Assembly: GCF_963921235.1 (NCBI RefSeq)
Contig: NC_086097.1
Span: forward strand, 22,260,001 to 22,324,000
Reading direction: 5' to 3'
From: Mobula hypostoma
Taxonomy: Eukaryota
DNA length: 64,000 bases
The notes under the pieces were generated by a model that had not been told where the DNA came from, made no database searches, and saw nothing but the letters and a program-made list of their open reading frames with translations. A program made the translations under genes and the position numbers. This document shows positions 23,031-35,419 of the stretch, in pieces (the first letter of the stretch is position 1; each line of letters begins with the position of its first letter).

Positions 23031-25499
23031 TTAGGAAAATAATGATCAGTGTTGTTTTCTCATCAATAATGTCAAAGGAAGGGGTGAGATCACTGTTTGT
23101 TGATGTGGAGGGAATGTTCCAGTTTTGACAGCACAGGCAGTTCCTGTTCACTGACAAATACAATACTCACTTACTGGATGTTCACATATTTATTATTTTG
23201 TTTAATCTATGTGGTTCACTCAAAGTTGAGCACAAGATGTTTCAGTGGAGAGTAAGGGTGACTGGTTCACCAAACTCTATTCCTCGATCATGGCCCTGTG
23301 GACCGTGGTACCCAGAGTTACTGGGAACAGCCTGGAGGATAGAAGGAGGGGTTTGAGAATAAAAATATGCAGATGATGAAAATCGGGAACAAAACCAGAG
23401 CATGGACAGAAACCCTCAGAAGGTCAGGCAGCATCTGTGGAAAGAGAAACTGATAATGTTCAAGGTGTGGTCCTGATGTTAGAAGGATATGGTGGTTGAG
23501 TGAACAGTCATAGGGTGGGAGGGAGGCGTGTGGAGAACATATTTGGCCATGAAGCTCTTTTTATTATTAGCGCAGTCAATCAATGGTTTTTTTTTGACTG
23601 GACCAGTGTGTAATGTTCTTTCTTGATTATTCTTCAGCAGTGTGATGAGTTTGACCACTTCAGAGGGCAGTAAAGAGACAACTAAGGTGAGCATTCAGAC
23701 TGACTAAAAGTAGAACATTGCTTTTTTTTTCTCATGTATGACATTAATAAGCCAGCAAAATCAATAATACCAGCCTTTTAAATCCTGCTTTATTTTTTAA
23801 ATTGAATTACTAGTTGCTGTGGTGGGATTTGAACTCCATCCTGGTTTTGCTGGTTCACTAATATAACATCACTGCAGAGTATTGTAACTCAATACAGTAG
23901 TTGGGCTCAATGTCATGGAGTCACAGAATCAGGCTGTGTAGAAACAGGCCCTTCAGCCCGCTATAGCCTTGCCAGCTATTAACCAACCATCTATATTAAA
24001 CCCATTCCCAGTATCTCAGCTCATATTCATCGCAGCCTCTATGGATCAGGTGCTCATCTAAACACTAGACCCACTTCTGCCATTCTGTCAGACAACTCAG
24101 TCCGGATTCCAACCCACCTCTGGGTGAAGTTTTCTTCCTTAAAATCCCTTTTAAATTCCCTACCCCTACCCTTACCCTTAAAATCTAGCCCTCTGACATC
24201 TCAAGATTGTTTTCAAGATTTCAAGATTCATGTTTATTTGTCACATATGTGTTGAAGCAGACAGTGAAATGAATCATTTTCATTGACAGCCAACGCGCTC
24301 GAGAGTGTGCTGGGGGCCACCCGCAAGTGTTGCCACACATTCCAGTGTTAACTTAGTGTACCCAAAATACTCAGCAGAACAATACAGAACAAAGTAACAA
24401 CAGCAAAACCAGCCCCTCCCCCCCATACCTCTCTCCCACTCTTGTCATACACCGTACTTTCATCCCATGGCAGTCCCTAATGTCGGGCCTGAAGATATTG
24501 GGCATCAACCTTCCCAGAAAACTTGCATCAATTCACAAAGTTGGCTCTGGCTGTCAGCCTCGACCTCCTGACTTCCATTCAAATCTACAGGAAAAGTTTC
24601 CATATGTCTCCTGAATGAGTACCATATCATCTGACCCAAAGGGTAATCTGTGGAATTTTAAGACAGAGGTCAAGATATTCCTGGATGTCCATGGAATCAA
24701 GCATAATGGGACTAGCATTCAGAAAGTGATGTTGATGTGGAAGATTAACCAGGATCTCATTGAATGGTGAGTGATGGATAATCACTTCCCAGGCCCCAAA
24801 AGGGCTTATTACTAAACTCAGTTTTTCACCACAACTGCAAAACCTGTCCAAGTATCAGAGCTTTGTTGTTCACTAAGATAATTTCCTTCTTAACACAGCA
24901 GCAGAAATTGCCCAATGTTCAAGATGTTTGTTATTTAATCAGTTCAAGTTCAAGTTTATTGTCATCTGACAACCAAACAAAACAGCAGTCCTTTGGACTG
25001 TGATTCACCCACAATACATGTCCCACACACAGCACATAAAACAAAATATAAGCATAATCGAGTTAATAAAACATAATTCAAAATGCATGTGAAGTGTGCG
25101 GCCTGGGTAAACAGCTAACAGTACAGTACACTGTAAACAGCTCTTTGTCCTAGTGACGAGACCTCGGTGGTGGCAGGGTATTCATTAGTCTCACAGCCTG
25201 GGGGATAAATCTGCTATCCCGTCTAGCAGTCATAGTCTTGATGCCCCTGTACCTCCTTTCTGATGGTAGTGAGTTAGAGGGATTGTGGAATGAGTGGTAG
25301 AGACCTCCTGCAATGCTTCAGACATTTAATCTACAGTGTGATGCCTTGCAGCTTCCGTATCACGCAATAATGTAGTCAGACAGGACATTCTCAGTGGTGC
25401 TCCTGTAGAAAGTTGTTAGAATGGGGGGGGGGCGGGGATGGGTGAGCCTAGCACATCTCAATCTCCTCGGAATGTGTATAAACTGCTGTGCCTTCTTGG

Positions 25500-26145
25500 C
25501 TAATCATCTGCACTCACCCCATCTTCCCACTGTCCCTCTTGTCCTTATCTACCACCCCATCAACCTTCGCGTCCAACACAACTTCCTCCGCAACTTCTGC
25601 CATCTCCAGAGGGAACCCACCAATAAACATATCTTTACCCGCCATAAATTGAGGGATTGCTTTGTCGAGCATCCCTGCACCATCCTCCATAAGTGGGACT
25701 TCCTGGTGGCCAAACATTTTAATTCTGACCCCCATTCCCTTTCCAATGTGTCAACCCATGGCCTCCTCTTGGGCCACGATGAGGCCACCCTCAGAGTGGA
25801 GGAGCAGCACCTTATATTCCGTCTGGGTAGCCGCCAACCTGATGGCATGAATGTAGATATCTCCTTCCGGTGAACCAAACATCCTCCCCCGCCCCCCACC
25901 CACCCACCCTATCCCCCACTCTGACCTTTTACTTCTTTTCACTCACCTCTCCAATTAAGTTCTTTTGTCTCCAGCCCTTGACCTTTGCCACCCACCTGGT
26001 TTCACCTATCACCTTCCAGCTAGCCTTTCCCCCTCCCTCCACTTTCTAATTCAGGCATCTCCCCTCTTCCCTCTCAGTCCTGAGGAAGGGTCTCGGGTTG
26101 AAATACTGCCTGACCTGCTGAGTTCTCCCAGAATTTTGTGTGTGG
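25500..26145 (+). mobile_element. Penelope-like element 3' part (GIY-YIG region)
   Basis: ORF 25421-25873 VPLVLIYHP...VAKHFNSDPHS...EEQHLIFRLGSRQPDGMNVDIS; truncated hammerhead CTGAGGAAGGGTCTCGGGTTGAAA. Confidence 0.85.
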
Positions 26146-27569
26146 TGCTAATGAGATGGTGTTGTGAGTCCAGGTTCGGTCATCCATTAAGCGCACTCCA
26201 TGGAGCTCTGTTCTCTTCACCCTCTCCACGGCAGAGCCGCTGATGTTCAGTGGAGAGTGGTCGAGCTGCACCTTGCTGAAGTCTACGGTCCTCTCTTTTG
26301 TCTCTTGTTAGTTGGTTGTTCTCACACATCTTGGCAAGCCTCTCTGTATGCTGACTCAATTGTTGTTGCTGATGAAGCCGACCACTGTCGTCACCAGTGA
26401 ACTTGATGATATAGTTTGAGCTGAATCTGGCAGTGCAGTCATGAGTCAACAGTGTGAACTGCAGAAGGCTGAGTACAGAGCCCAAGGGAGCACCAGTGCT
26501 CAGCATGGGATGTTTCTGCCGACTTGGACTGACTGGGGTCCTTCTGCCGAGAAATCCAAGGTCCACTTAGAGGGAGGAGTGATGAGTCCCAAGGACAGTT
26601 TACCCACCAGCCTCTGAGTTTTAATTCAGTTCACTTTACTCACCCTCGTGACTTATAAAGAGAAACAATGGGGTCTACATTGGCCTAGTTAAACATTGGA
26701 TCCATCTGGTCTGATAAGTATAGTTGAGAAACATCACACACAGTTGATGCCAATTAATAGAAAAACAGTATAAATGATAGAAGGCAGCTGGGGTTGGTAG
26801 TGACAGAGAGAAGACACGGAATCTGTCCCTCAGCCTCAGTGTCTGTGACGGCACTTGTCTGCAGCCCATTTGTAGGTCTTTCTAGTTGGTGAGAATCGTA
26901 CTTTTGTTTTGAAATCCTTCGAAAGTTATAAATCTCCTTAAATCTTTATAATTTATATTATAACTGTATAACTTCTCAGAATTAAACACATTTCACTTAA
27001 AAATAAATTATGTTTAATTTGCTTCGTTAGTTGGAACTATCTCTTTGCTGCTGGGTATGGGTGGCTCACTAATTGAAATGGAGATTGTTTACAGCTAGCC
27101 CCCCTTCAGGAAGAAAATAAACTAGTGAAGTAAAATAATTCTTGAAGTGTACGTTCGTACAGTACAATCTCCCTAAGGTGAGGATACGAGTAGATGCTTA
27201 TATCATGTGGAGCTAAAAGTTTTAAGTTGAGTCCTCTCAAATGGGTACATTCAATATCATCACAGGTGGAATAAATAAGGGACTGAATGGACTACCCCTA
27301 GTGCTGATTCTTATGGTCACATCAAGCCAAAATGGCCCAGTCACTCAAATAAATGACCCTGCTTATTTCAGCACAATGTAATCGACAGGAGACTTACCCT
27401 GCACTGTATTACGTTAATGATTCATTCTGGGCTCTTTCCTGTCACCTTCCAATGCTGAAAGGTGTGGGCAGTGTTCGCTGTCTATGGTGCCCAATGTCAC
27501 TGCTGAGGCCCCATCATGCGATGGGCATGCTGGGGAGCTCATGGGCACTGTTGGCAGAGTCGCTGGTCA

Positions 27570-27850
27570 CATGGTGGCATAGCGGTTGGCGCAACACTTT
27601 ACAGCACCGGCTGTGCGATCGGGGTTCGATGTATGTTTGCCCCCTGGGTTTGCCCCAGCTGCTCCAGTTCCCTCCCACATCCCAAAAGGCATACAGCTCA
27701 GGGTTACTAAGTTGCGGGTTTGCTATGTTGACGCCGGACGTGTGGCATCACTTGTGGCTGCTCCTCCACACAACCTTCGCTGATCAGATTTAACGCAAAT
27801 CACACACTGCACTGTATGTTTCAATGTACATGTGACAGATAAAGCCGACC
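27570..27850 (+). mobile_element. V-SINE with Rex1-like tail
   Basis: A box TGGCATAGCGG, B box GGTTCGAT, TTCCTCCCACATCCCAAA core, tail CACTGTATGTTTCAATGTACATGTGACAGATAAAG. Confidence 0.75.
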
Positions 27851-27989
27851 TTTCCTACAACTCCAGCAACCCAGGCTCAACCCTGACCTCGGGTGCTACC
27901 TGTGTAGAGTTTGCCGCGTGACCATGTGGGTTTCCTCCGGGTGCTCAGGTTTCCGCCCACATGCCAAGGATGTTTGAGTTTGTAGCTTT

Positions 27990-28365
27990 GAGAGCAGAAT
28001 TAGGCCATTTGGCCCATCAAGTAGTTAACAAATTTCATGACACATGCCGGTGATAATAAACCTGATTCTGATTCCGATTCTGCTCCATCTTTTCAACATG
28101 ATTGATCCATTTTCCATCTCAGCCCCAATCTCCTGCCTTCTCCCTACATCCCTACATGCCTGACTAATCAAGAATATATCAACCTCTGCCTTAAATATAC
28201 ATAAAGACGTGACCTTCACAGCTTTCTGTGGCAACAAATTCCACACATTCACCACTCTCTGGCTAAAGAAATTCCTCTTCATCTCTGATCGAAAAGGACA
28301 CCCCTCAGTTCTGAGGCTGTGCCTTCTGGTCTCAGACTCTCCCACCTGACGAAACATCCTCTCTT
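27990..28365 (-). mobile_element. CR1 LINE 3' fragment
   Basis: ORF 28025-28357 ETRRHSL..MKRNFFSQRVVNVWNLLP. Confidence 0.85.
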
Positions 28366-28772
28366 AATAGGGGTGTTTCCTCACTGCTTCAGAGACCCAG
28401 ATTCAATGCTGACCCCAGGCACTGACTGTGTCATGTTTGTAAATCTTACTATGACCCACAGGCTCCCTCAAAGTGTCAACGTAGACTTACTGTGAAAGTA
28501 CACATACGTCACCATATGCTACCTTGAGATTCATTTTCTTGCAGGCATTTACTTGAAATAAAGAAATATATTAGAATTTATTTATTCATTTTTATTGAGA
28601 TACGGTGTGGAGCATGCCTTCTGACCCTTTGAGCCACGCTGGACAGCAATTGCAAACACGAGGAAATCTGCAGATGCTGGAAATTCAAGCAACACACACA
28701 AAATGCTTGTGGAGCGCAGCAGGCCAGGCAGCATCTACAGGAAGAGGTACAGTCGAAGTTTCGGGCCGAGAC

Positions 28773-30525
28773 AGTACAGTAGCGTGGCGGTTAGCGCAAT
28801 CACTTTACAACACGAGCGATCAACGATCGGGGTTCAATTCCCACCACTGGATACAAGGAGTTTGTACGTTCTCACCGTGACCTAGTGTGATTCCTTTGAG
28901 TGCTCTGGTTTTATTCTCCATTCCAAAGATATTTGAGTTAGGATTAGTACGTTGTACGCATGCGATATTAGCGCCAAAAACATGGCGATACTTGTGGGGT
29001 GCTCCCAGCACATCCTCGGACAGTGTTAGTCATTGATGTGTGCTTAGCCCACGTCTCTACTCTGTCTGCACCCATGACTGTGTGGCTCGGCACAGCTCAA
29101 ATGACATCTATAAATTTGTTGATGACACAACTATTGTTGGCAGGATTTCAGATGGTGGTGAGAAGGCGTACAGGAGCAAGATATATCAGCTAGTTGAGTG
29201 GTGTCACAGCAATAGCCTTGCACTCAAAGTCAGTGAGACCAAAGAACTGATTGTGGATTTCAGAAAGAGTAAGATGAGGGAACACATGCCAGTCCTCACA
29301 GAGGGATCAGAAGTGGAAGGAGTGAGCAATTTCAAGGTCCAGGGTGTCAACATCTCTGAGGATCTATACTGCGCCCAACATATTGATACAATTACCAAGA
29401 AGACATGACAGCAACTATATTTCATAAGGAGTTTGTAGAGATTTGGTATATCACCAAAGACGCTGGAAAATTTCTACAGACTACCCATCGCTGTCTAGTA
29501 TGGGGGCTGGGGGAAAGGGGGGGGGGGCTACAGCACAAGATCAAAAGAAGCTGTAGAAAGTTGTGCCCTCAGACAGCTCCATCATGGGCTCTAGCAAGGA
29601 ACGATGCCTTAAAAAGGTGGCATCCATCGTTGAGGACCCCCATCACCCAGGAAATGCTCTGTTCTCATTGCTACCATTAGGCAGAAAGTACAGGAGCCTT
29701 CAGGAGCAGCTTGTTCCTCTGTGCTATCAGATTTCTGAATCTAGATCCTCAGAGATGAGTATAGTATAGTATAGATCCTCAGAGATGAGTAGTATAGTAT
29801 AGTATAGATCCTCAGAGATGAGTATAGTATAGATCCTCAGAGATGAGTAGTATAGTATAGATCCTCAGAGATGAGTATAGTATAGATCCTCAGAGATGAG
29901 TATAGTATAGTATAGATCCTCAGAGATGAGTATAGTATAGATCCTCAGAGATGAGTATAGTGTAGAGTATAGTATAGATCCTTAGAGATGAGTATAGTAT
30001 ATAGTATAGATCCTCAGATGAGTACAGTATATAGATGAGTATAGTATATAGTATATAGTATAGATCATCAGAGATGTTGACACCCTGGAACTTGAAATTG
30101 CTCACTCCTTCCACTTCTGATCCCTCTGTGAGGACTGGCATGTGTTCCCTCATCTTACCCTTTCTAAAACCACAGTCAGTTCTTTGGTCTCACTGACCTT
30201 GAGTGCAAGGCTATTGCTGTGACACCACTCAACCAGCTGATATATCTTGCTCCTGTACGCCTTCTCGTCACCTTCTGAAATCCTGCCAACAATAGTTGTA
30301 TCATCAGCAAATCTATAGATGTCATTTGAGCTGTGCCGAGCCACACAGTCATGGGTGCAGACAGAGTAGAGACGTGGGCTAAGCACACATCAATGACTAA
30401 CACTGTTCGAGCCCATAAACATTACCTCAATTATATTAAACCTGATTCTGATTCTGACACAAAGATGATGCATTTCACTTTATGTTTTGATGTTTCAATG
30501 TACATGACAAATAAAGGTAATCTAA
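28773..30525 (+). mobile_element. V-SINE interrupted by a Rex1 LINE (approx. 29039-30457) that carries an internal inverted duplication
   Basis: SINE head at 28773, LINE RT ORF 29040-29408 (YKFVDDTTIVG), LINE tail GATTCTGATTCTGA at ~30444-30457, SINE tail resumes after 30458. Confidence 0.85.
29741..30062. repeat. Imperfect minisatellite (TAGATCCTCAGAGATGAG plus variable (TATAG)n)
   Basis: About 10 units directly visible; the unit is the reverse complement of LINE sequence CATCTCTGAGGATCTATACT. Confidence 0.95.
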
Positions 30526-32179
30526 GAATCTAAAAAAAGTAACAACATGCTTTGGAAGATGCTGCGGCCATGAAAGGTTATATAAATGCAAGGCATTCTT
30601 TTCTCCACTGTTTAACTGAAAGACAAAGCACTAATTAAATGCCATCAAAGTGCAGCAGATGCTGAAATTAGACATAATTAAATACTTCTACCATTGTTCA
30701 ATCATCAATTGCAAATTGACAGTTCTGTGTCTCAGGGGCACCATCTTACTTTTAATATATCTCTGTTTACTGATTCACCTGCAGAATGCCTTGGGGAAAT
30801 TGTGAAGTACTTCTCTTTTACCCTTAAACAGGACACTTATTCTGAACAACTAGGTCACAATGGTTTACATTCATTGTCATCAGCTAATAAAGGGAACACA
30901 GCAGGCAAGATAAATGAGACAAAATATAAATGTGTAAGTGGAAGATTATATGGCTTAATCCCACTCTTGAGATTCACTTCTTCATTAATGCTGAGAAAGA
31001 GGCCTTTCTGCCCATTAAGTCATGCCAGCTGCTTGGGAAGAAATCCATTAGTCCATCTTTCCTCTGTTCAGACGTGCTTAGGGTCTTGAACTCATGCTTC
31101 ACAGAAACAGGCCATTTGGCCCATCATGTCCATACTGACCCACATCCACTTTCCACCACTTCTATGTCTTACTAATTTGTGTTCCTTTTAGTTAACTAAA
31201 GGTTGTAAGAAAACTTACCTCTACTGTAATGGATATTCACTTTCCAGGGCACAAGAGAATTATTAGTGATATTTCTTTCAAAGCAGCATGACCTTTCAAA
31301 AGGGTCAGAGTTGTTTTTGATGAAGTTAAACTTCTAACCAATATTCCTTGCTTAGCTTCTTCTTGTAAACAATGAAGACATGTTCAATCAACATAATACA
31401 ATGGGGTTATGTTACTTGCACCATTGTGACTGAGTGAAAAGAAGTTTGCAGACCAGACTGACTTTGTCACTTCGCACATCAAACATGGTTGGATATCAAA
31501 ATCAGTAGCTGGGATATTTGTGAAAGTAAGCACTCAGAGGATTCACTTTGGGTGCCTGGGATCTCTGTGCCCTGAAGCTTTTAGACCATCTGTGTGAATT
31601 ACTTTGACCCAGTAAAGGTATCGGAAGAAACCATCACATGCAGCTAATGTCAACTGGTGGCAAAGCAGTATAAATGTTAGAAAACATTGGGGGTTGCTAG
31701 GGATGACAAGGAGAATTCATTCCTCAATATTCAGTTTCTGCAGTGGATGATTTGTTCATCTGCAACGTGTAGGTGTGTTCTTTCAGTTCATGAGAATTTT
31801 ACCTGTGCTCGGAAATCCTCTGTAGTTTATAATCTTATGTAATTCAGTAATCTTTTATAAATCATAAATCCCCTGTGAGTATGAGATTTATAACTGTATA
31901 AAATGGACAATTCAAATCAGGGGCTGATCTGTTGATGAGTAAATAATGTGTGATTTATGAATGAGTGCAAGCTGTCAGAATCCAGTTTACTGGCTGTGGC
32001 CGAACCAATAAGTTGCACCATGACCTCCCCACTTTTATATTCTTTGCCCTGGCTAATGAAAGCAAGAATTCCATATGCCCTCTTCACCTGAGTTGGCATC
32101 TATTGTGCGACCTTTTGGGTATATTTAACTTACACACCAAGGTCCCTCTGTTTTTCAGTATTCACTGGGCCCGAGTCTG

Positions 32180-32745
32180 AGAGGTCTCCATTGGTCAGGG
32201 ACGACCACTGATATTGCGTCCTAGCTGTCTAGATATGGAAGCCAGGACAGTACAATATGGAGTGTAAGCTGTTGTCCATGTGGCAAGCTCCCCTCTCCAT
32301 GCATCAGGTGAACCCAAAGAAATGGCAGAGTTTGGCACCAGCAGTGTCACAGTGTTGCCAATCATCGTTGAACTCAACATAGGACTGCGCTGGATTTTTC
32401 CCTCGGGATTTACTCCTGAAGTCTTCCACATGAGTGGGTATAGCCACAAAGTAGTGGTTTGAAATCAGAGTTTTCCTTCTGCTAGATGAACTGACAACCA
32501 CTGCTGACGATCCCCATCTGCCTGAAGTCACTGATATAATGGCACCAGTAACCCCTCCCCCCCCCCACCACCACTTTGCCCCTTCTCCTGCTGGTTCACT
32601 AGGCTTAGTAGCTAAACCACATGTGAAGGCCAGGAGCTGGACTTGGTTGTCAGAGGTTTTTTGTGTCACACGCATCTGGGATCATGTAATAGGTAGTGGG
32701 AGCTTGTCCCCATTACCACCCTTGGCTATAACAACCCCATGGATC
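32180..32745 (-). mobile_element. RTE-type non-autonomous element, copy 1
   Basis: Colinear with 41170-41790 (TTGGTCAGGG, TTTGGCACCAG, GAGTTTTCCTTCT..TAGATGA, GAAGGCCAGGAGCTGGACTT). Confidence 0.6.
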
Positions 32746-33269
32746 CAACTATTCATTGTGCATTGGTGACTGTGGACTTCCGCTGTAGTAGTTCCAAATG
32801 GGAACGTTTGATCATTTCCTTTGGATCAGCACACAGAAGCTCACTACTCTCTGGCGCCATCTTGCAGGGCAGCAGCAACTTAGGAAAAGCTTCTTCCCCT
32901 CCACCATCAGACTTTTGAGTCGCCCATGAACCCACAAACACTACCTCAACATTCCTCTTCCGCACAATTATTCTGTCTTATCTGAACAATACATTTCACA
33001 GCATATGTCAGAGATTAAAACTGAAGGTTTAGTTGTGTTGAATGCTAAGTCGGTCAATAAACTGCAGCCTGATGTACAGCAGGTATTATGGCTGTCCAGT
33101 GAGATTGCATTCGCTGTAGACCAAATATGACGATAGGGAAATAGCAGTGGCTCCAGTCTTGCTTTGGCAGGAATTGATTCCATCCATGACCAAACACTCA
33201 GAGCACTTCTTCACAGTAGGTGTGAGTGCCATTGGGTGGTAGTTGTCGAGGTAGCTCACCCTGCTGTTA

Positions 33270-34845
33270 AGACCATAAGCATATAAAACATAAAAGCAAA
33301 ATAAGGCTCTTCAGCCCATAGAGTCTGCTCTGCTGTTCAATCATGGCTTATTTATGGTCCCCCTCAATCCCATTCTCTGCCTTCTCTCTGTAATCATTGA
33401 TGCCCTTACTAACGAAGAACATACCAAACTCCATTTTAAATATACTCAATGACTTGGCCTCCACAGCCACCAGCGGCAATGAATCCCACAGATTCACAAC
33501 TCTCTGGTGGAAGAAATTCCTCTTCATCGCTGATCTAAATGGACGTCCTTCTATTCTTTATTCCCACCGTCTGCCTTCTGCCAGTCAGCCAATATTTTGT
33601 TTATGCTAGTATCTTTCCTGTAATACCATACGCTCTTATATTGTTAAGCCATCTTTGGGATGTATATATCCCGTGCCTTCGGAATTGTCCCCAGGACTCC
33701 AGCCATTGTTGTTCTGTGGTCATCACTGTTAGTGTCTGCTTCCAATCGACTTTGGCCAGCTCCTCTCTCATGCCTCTGTAACTCCCTTTTCTCCGCTGCA
33801 ATACCGATACACCTGAAATTTACCTTCTCCCTCTGAAACTACTGGGTGCATTCTATCATATTGTGATCACTGCCTCCGAAGGGTTCCTTTACCTTAAGCC
33901 CCCTAATCAATCTGGTTCATTGTTCAACAACCATTCCAGAATTGCCTTGTGCCTAGTGGGTTCAACCACAAGCAACTCAAAAAACCATCTCGTAGGCATT
34001 CTGCAAATTCCCTCTCTTGGGATTGATAGCACTGACCTGATCTTCTTAAAGTAGCTACATATTGAAATTCCCAATTACTACTGAAAAACTGCCCTTTTTA
34101 CTTCTTTCCTATCTCTCATTGTAATTTAAACCCCACATCCTAGCTACTATTTGGGAGCCTGTATATATTTCCCATCAAGGTCTTCTTACTTTTGCAGCTT
34201 CTTAACTCCACCCATAAGGATTCTACATCTTTTGATGCTATGTCACCTCTTTCGCAGGATTTGATTTAATTTTTTTTACCTACAGAGTTACAACACCCAC
34301 TCTGCCTACCTTTCTCAACCATGATTTTCTTTCAGCTATGAGTCAGTGATGCCCACAATCTCTAAACGTGTTACAAGATTATATATCTTATTCCGTATAT
34401 TGCATGCATTCAAATCTAACATCTTCAGTCCTGTATTGCCCCCATGTTACACTTCGTCTCATCCCACTGACTGGAATTTTGCCCTGTCATCTGTTTGTCC
34501 TTCCTGACAGTCTCACTATACTCTGTTTTATACTATCTGCCCCACCCTCAGCTCTACGGTTCTGGTTCCCACCCCCTTGTCAAACCCTCCCTACAGCTCT
34601 AGCAAACCCGCCCCCTCTGGTTCGGAGGTAATCCATCGTTTTTATACAGGTCATGATTTCACAAGAATAATCCAACTGATCCAGAAAACTGAAACCCTGT
34701 CCTCTGCACGCATTCCTCAGAAATGCATTCATCTGCCAAGTCATCTTACTCTTTCCCACAATGGTGCATGGCACAGGCAGCGATCCAGAGATTACTAGCC
34801 TGGAGGTCCTGCTTTTCAGCTTTTTACCTGACTCCCTATATTCTC
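33270..34845 (-). mobile_element. Internally deleted CR1 LINE running from ORF1 esterase to the 3' tail
   Basis: KLKSRTSRLVISGSLPVP..QMNAFLRNACRGQGFSFLD (SGNH-esterase-like ORF1); MREELAKVDW (ORF2); RNFF.QRVVNLW; tail. Confidence 0.8.
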
Positions 34846-35419
34846 TTCTCTTGGGCACTGATATGATTGTCACCCTTTTAAAGCAGGTGGGAACTTCTGA
34901 CTGCAGCAGTGAGAGATTAAAGATGTCCTCAAACACTCTCACCAGTTGGTTAGCACAGCGTTTCAGAGCCCTACCAGGTACATCTTCAAGGCCTGACTTC
35001 TTGCTAGGGTTCACCGTCTTAAAAGATGTTCCGACATCAGCCCCTGAATATGAAAGTCATTCAGAGAGAAACATCAAATCCAACCCCCACACAAAAAAGA
35101 ATGTCATCCCGATCATTAATCTCCAAACCCCCTCCCTCCGCTTAAAATGGAACAAGAATATTGACTCCAAACCCTCTCCCCTCGCACAACAAAAGAGAAA
35201 GGAATGGGCTAAAAACATAGAAATTAAAAACCATAAGTGCGAGAAAGTCCACAGTCCATAAATGCAGATGTCCAATCCATAACGCAGAACCACAGTAACA
35301 CCTTCCTTCATCAACAAGGAGAGGGGCACCGTACAAGCAGATTGGCCTTCCCATTTGCCACAGCGTTAGGCCACTCACAGACTCCTTTTTGGCAGCAATC
35401 AAAAGGAGGGTAGCTGGAA

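Noticed and set aside
26753..26940. - strand frame EIYNFRR...LLSFILFFY* resembling a GPI-signal terminal exon
   Set aside because: No convincing splice acceptor and no upstream coding exons found.
29741..30062. Repeat array superficially like a CRISPR array
   Set aside because: Eukaryotic context, no unique spacers (only TATAG reiterations), no cas genes; the unit derives from the adjacent LINE.
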